From: Candidatus Krumholzibacteriia bacterium
GTDB lineage: Bacteria; Krumholzibacteriota; Krumholzibacteriia; LZORAL124-64-63
Assembly: GCA_041908585.1 (NCBI GenBank)
Contig: JAYRFB010000236.1
Span: 8,277-72,276 of the forward strand
Reading direction: 5' to 3'
DNA: 64,000 nt
Position numbers and translations under genes: made by a program. Below the pieces are notes generated by a model. The model worked only from the letters and a program-made list of their open reading frames with translations. It did no database searches and was not told where the DNA came from. Position 1 is the first letter of the stretch. Every line of letters begins with the position of its first letter. Below are positions 63,780-64,000 of this stretch, one piece after another.

Positions 63780-64000
63780 ATGCCCGGCAACACCATCCGC
63801 CTGCACCGCGTGGTCCGCGCCCCGGCCGATCGCGTGTACCGCGCGTTCCTCGACCCCGACGCCATGGTCAAGTGGCTGCCCCCGCACGGCTTCACCGCGA
63901 AGGTGCACCACCTCGACGCGAAGGTGGGCGGCACCTACAAGATGTCGTTCACGAACTTCGGCACCGGCAGCTCGCACTCGTTCGGCGGCAAGTACCTCGA
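63780..64000 (+). CDS. SRPBCC/AHSA1-like domain protein (N-terminal part; runs off the window end)
   Basis: Not in the track (open-ended). My translation gives MPGNTIRLHRVVRAPADRVYRAFLDPDAMVKWLPPHGFTAKVHHLDAKVGGTYKMSFTNFGTGSSHSFGGKYL, typical of Activator-of-Hsp90-ATPase-homolog-1-like proteins. Confidence 0.7.
   Translation, partial: MPGNTIRLHRVVRAPADRVYRAFLDPDAMVKWLPPHGFTAKVHHLDAKVGGTYKMSFTNFGTGSSHSFGGKYL

Noticed and set aside
1-64000. Looked for tRNA, rRNA, CRISPR arrays, transposase, integrase and phage structural genes.
   Set aside because: I found no cloverleaf-type conserved arms, no regularly spaced direct repeats with unique spacers, and no DDE, tyrosine- or serine-recombinase motifs in any plausible ORF.

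Overview
High-GC window (roughly two-thirds to 70% GC by eye), densely coding. I support 53 protein-coding genes. I recognised no rRNA, tRNA, CRISPR array, transposase or integrase. All product names come from motifs I read in the supplied translations; no homology search was run. The many long antisense or off-frame ORFs in the track are ordinary high-GC artefacts.

The lineage is probably uncultivated. Three secreted enzymes carry the FlgD/T9SS-like C-terminal domain (PNPFNP...).

Core content:
- HtrA protease, a ferredoxin and an HD hydrolase.
- A large S8 subtilase with two PKD domains.
- A tandem SagB-type nitroreductase.
- An HD-GYP phosphodiesterase with a coupled 669-aa partner.
- A ppx-CHAD-ppk1 polyphosphate operon.
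- A GT4 glycosyltransferase, a 5'-nucleotidase and a 14-blade propeller protein.
- TerC, a LysR regulator and a DEAD-box helicase.

Most interesting loci:
1. 26.7-31.4 kb: a divergent three-gene module. It pairs a TM-PAS-DEDDh exonuclease with an AAA+ ATPase carrying a PD-(D/E)xK-like tail and a cNMP/CBS/DUF294 nucleotidyltransferase. They share an AT-rich control region with 22-bp palindromes phased every 32 bp.
2. 32.4-43.8 kb: a phosphate/polyphosphate-type anion locus. A sigma-54-driven CYTH-DASS-unknown-OprO/P porin operon lies divergent from a PhnD-like SBP, histidine kinase and NtrC-type regulator. A degenerate CYTH-like gene plus a SulP-STAS-cNMP transporter follow. A near-consensus -24/-12 promoter and paired enhancer palindromes are visible.
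3. Two families of intergenic repeats. One is a roughly 48-nt element whose same-orientation copies bracket a secreted-protein gene and the whole copper-resistance operon. The other is a REP-like TTGCGCCGGCGCAA palindrome.
4. Compositionally atypical accessory pieces: an XRE/ImmA pair, a NosFYD-like ABC module with a beta-helix protein, a second orphan ATPase behind a 54-bp tandem operator repeat, and a truncated DUF222 islet.

Also notable are a ClpX paralog with a novel C-terminal domain and a DUF2703 gene plus a Cys-rich ECF sigma operon next to a CsoR-regulated copA operon.
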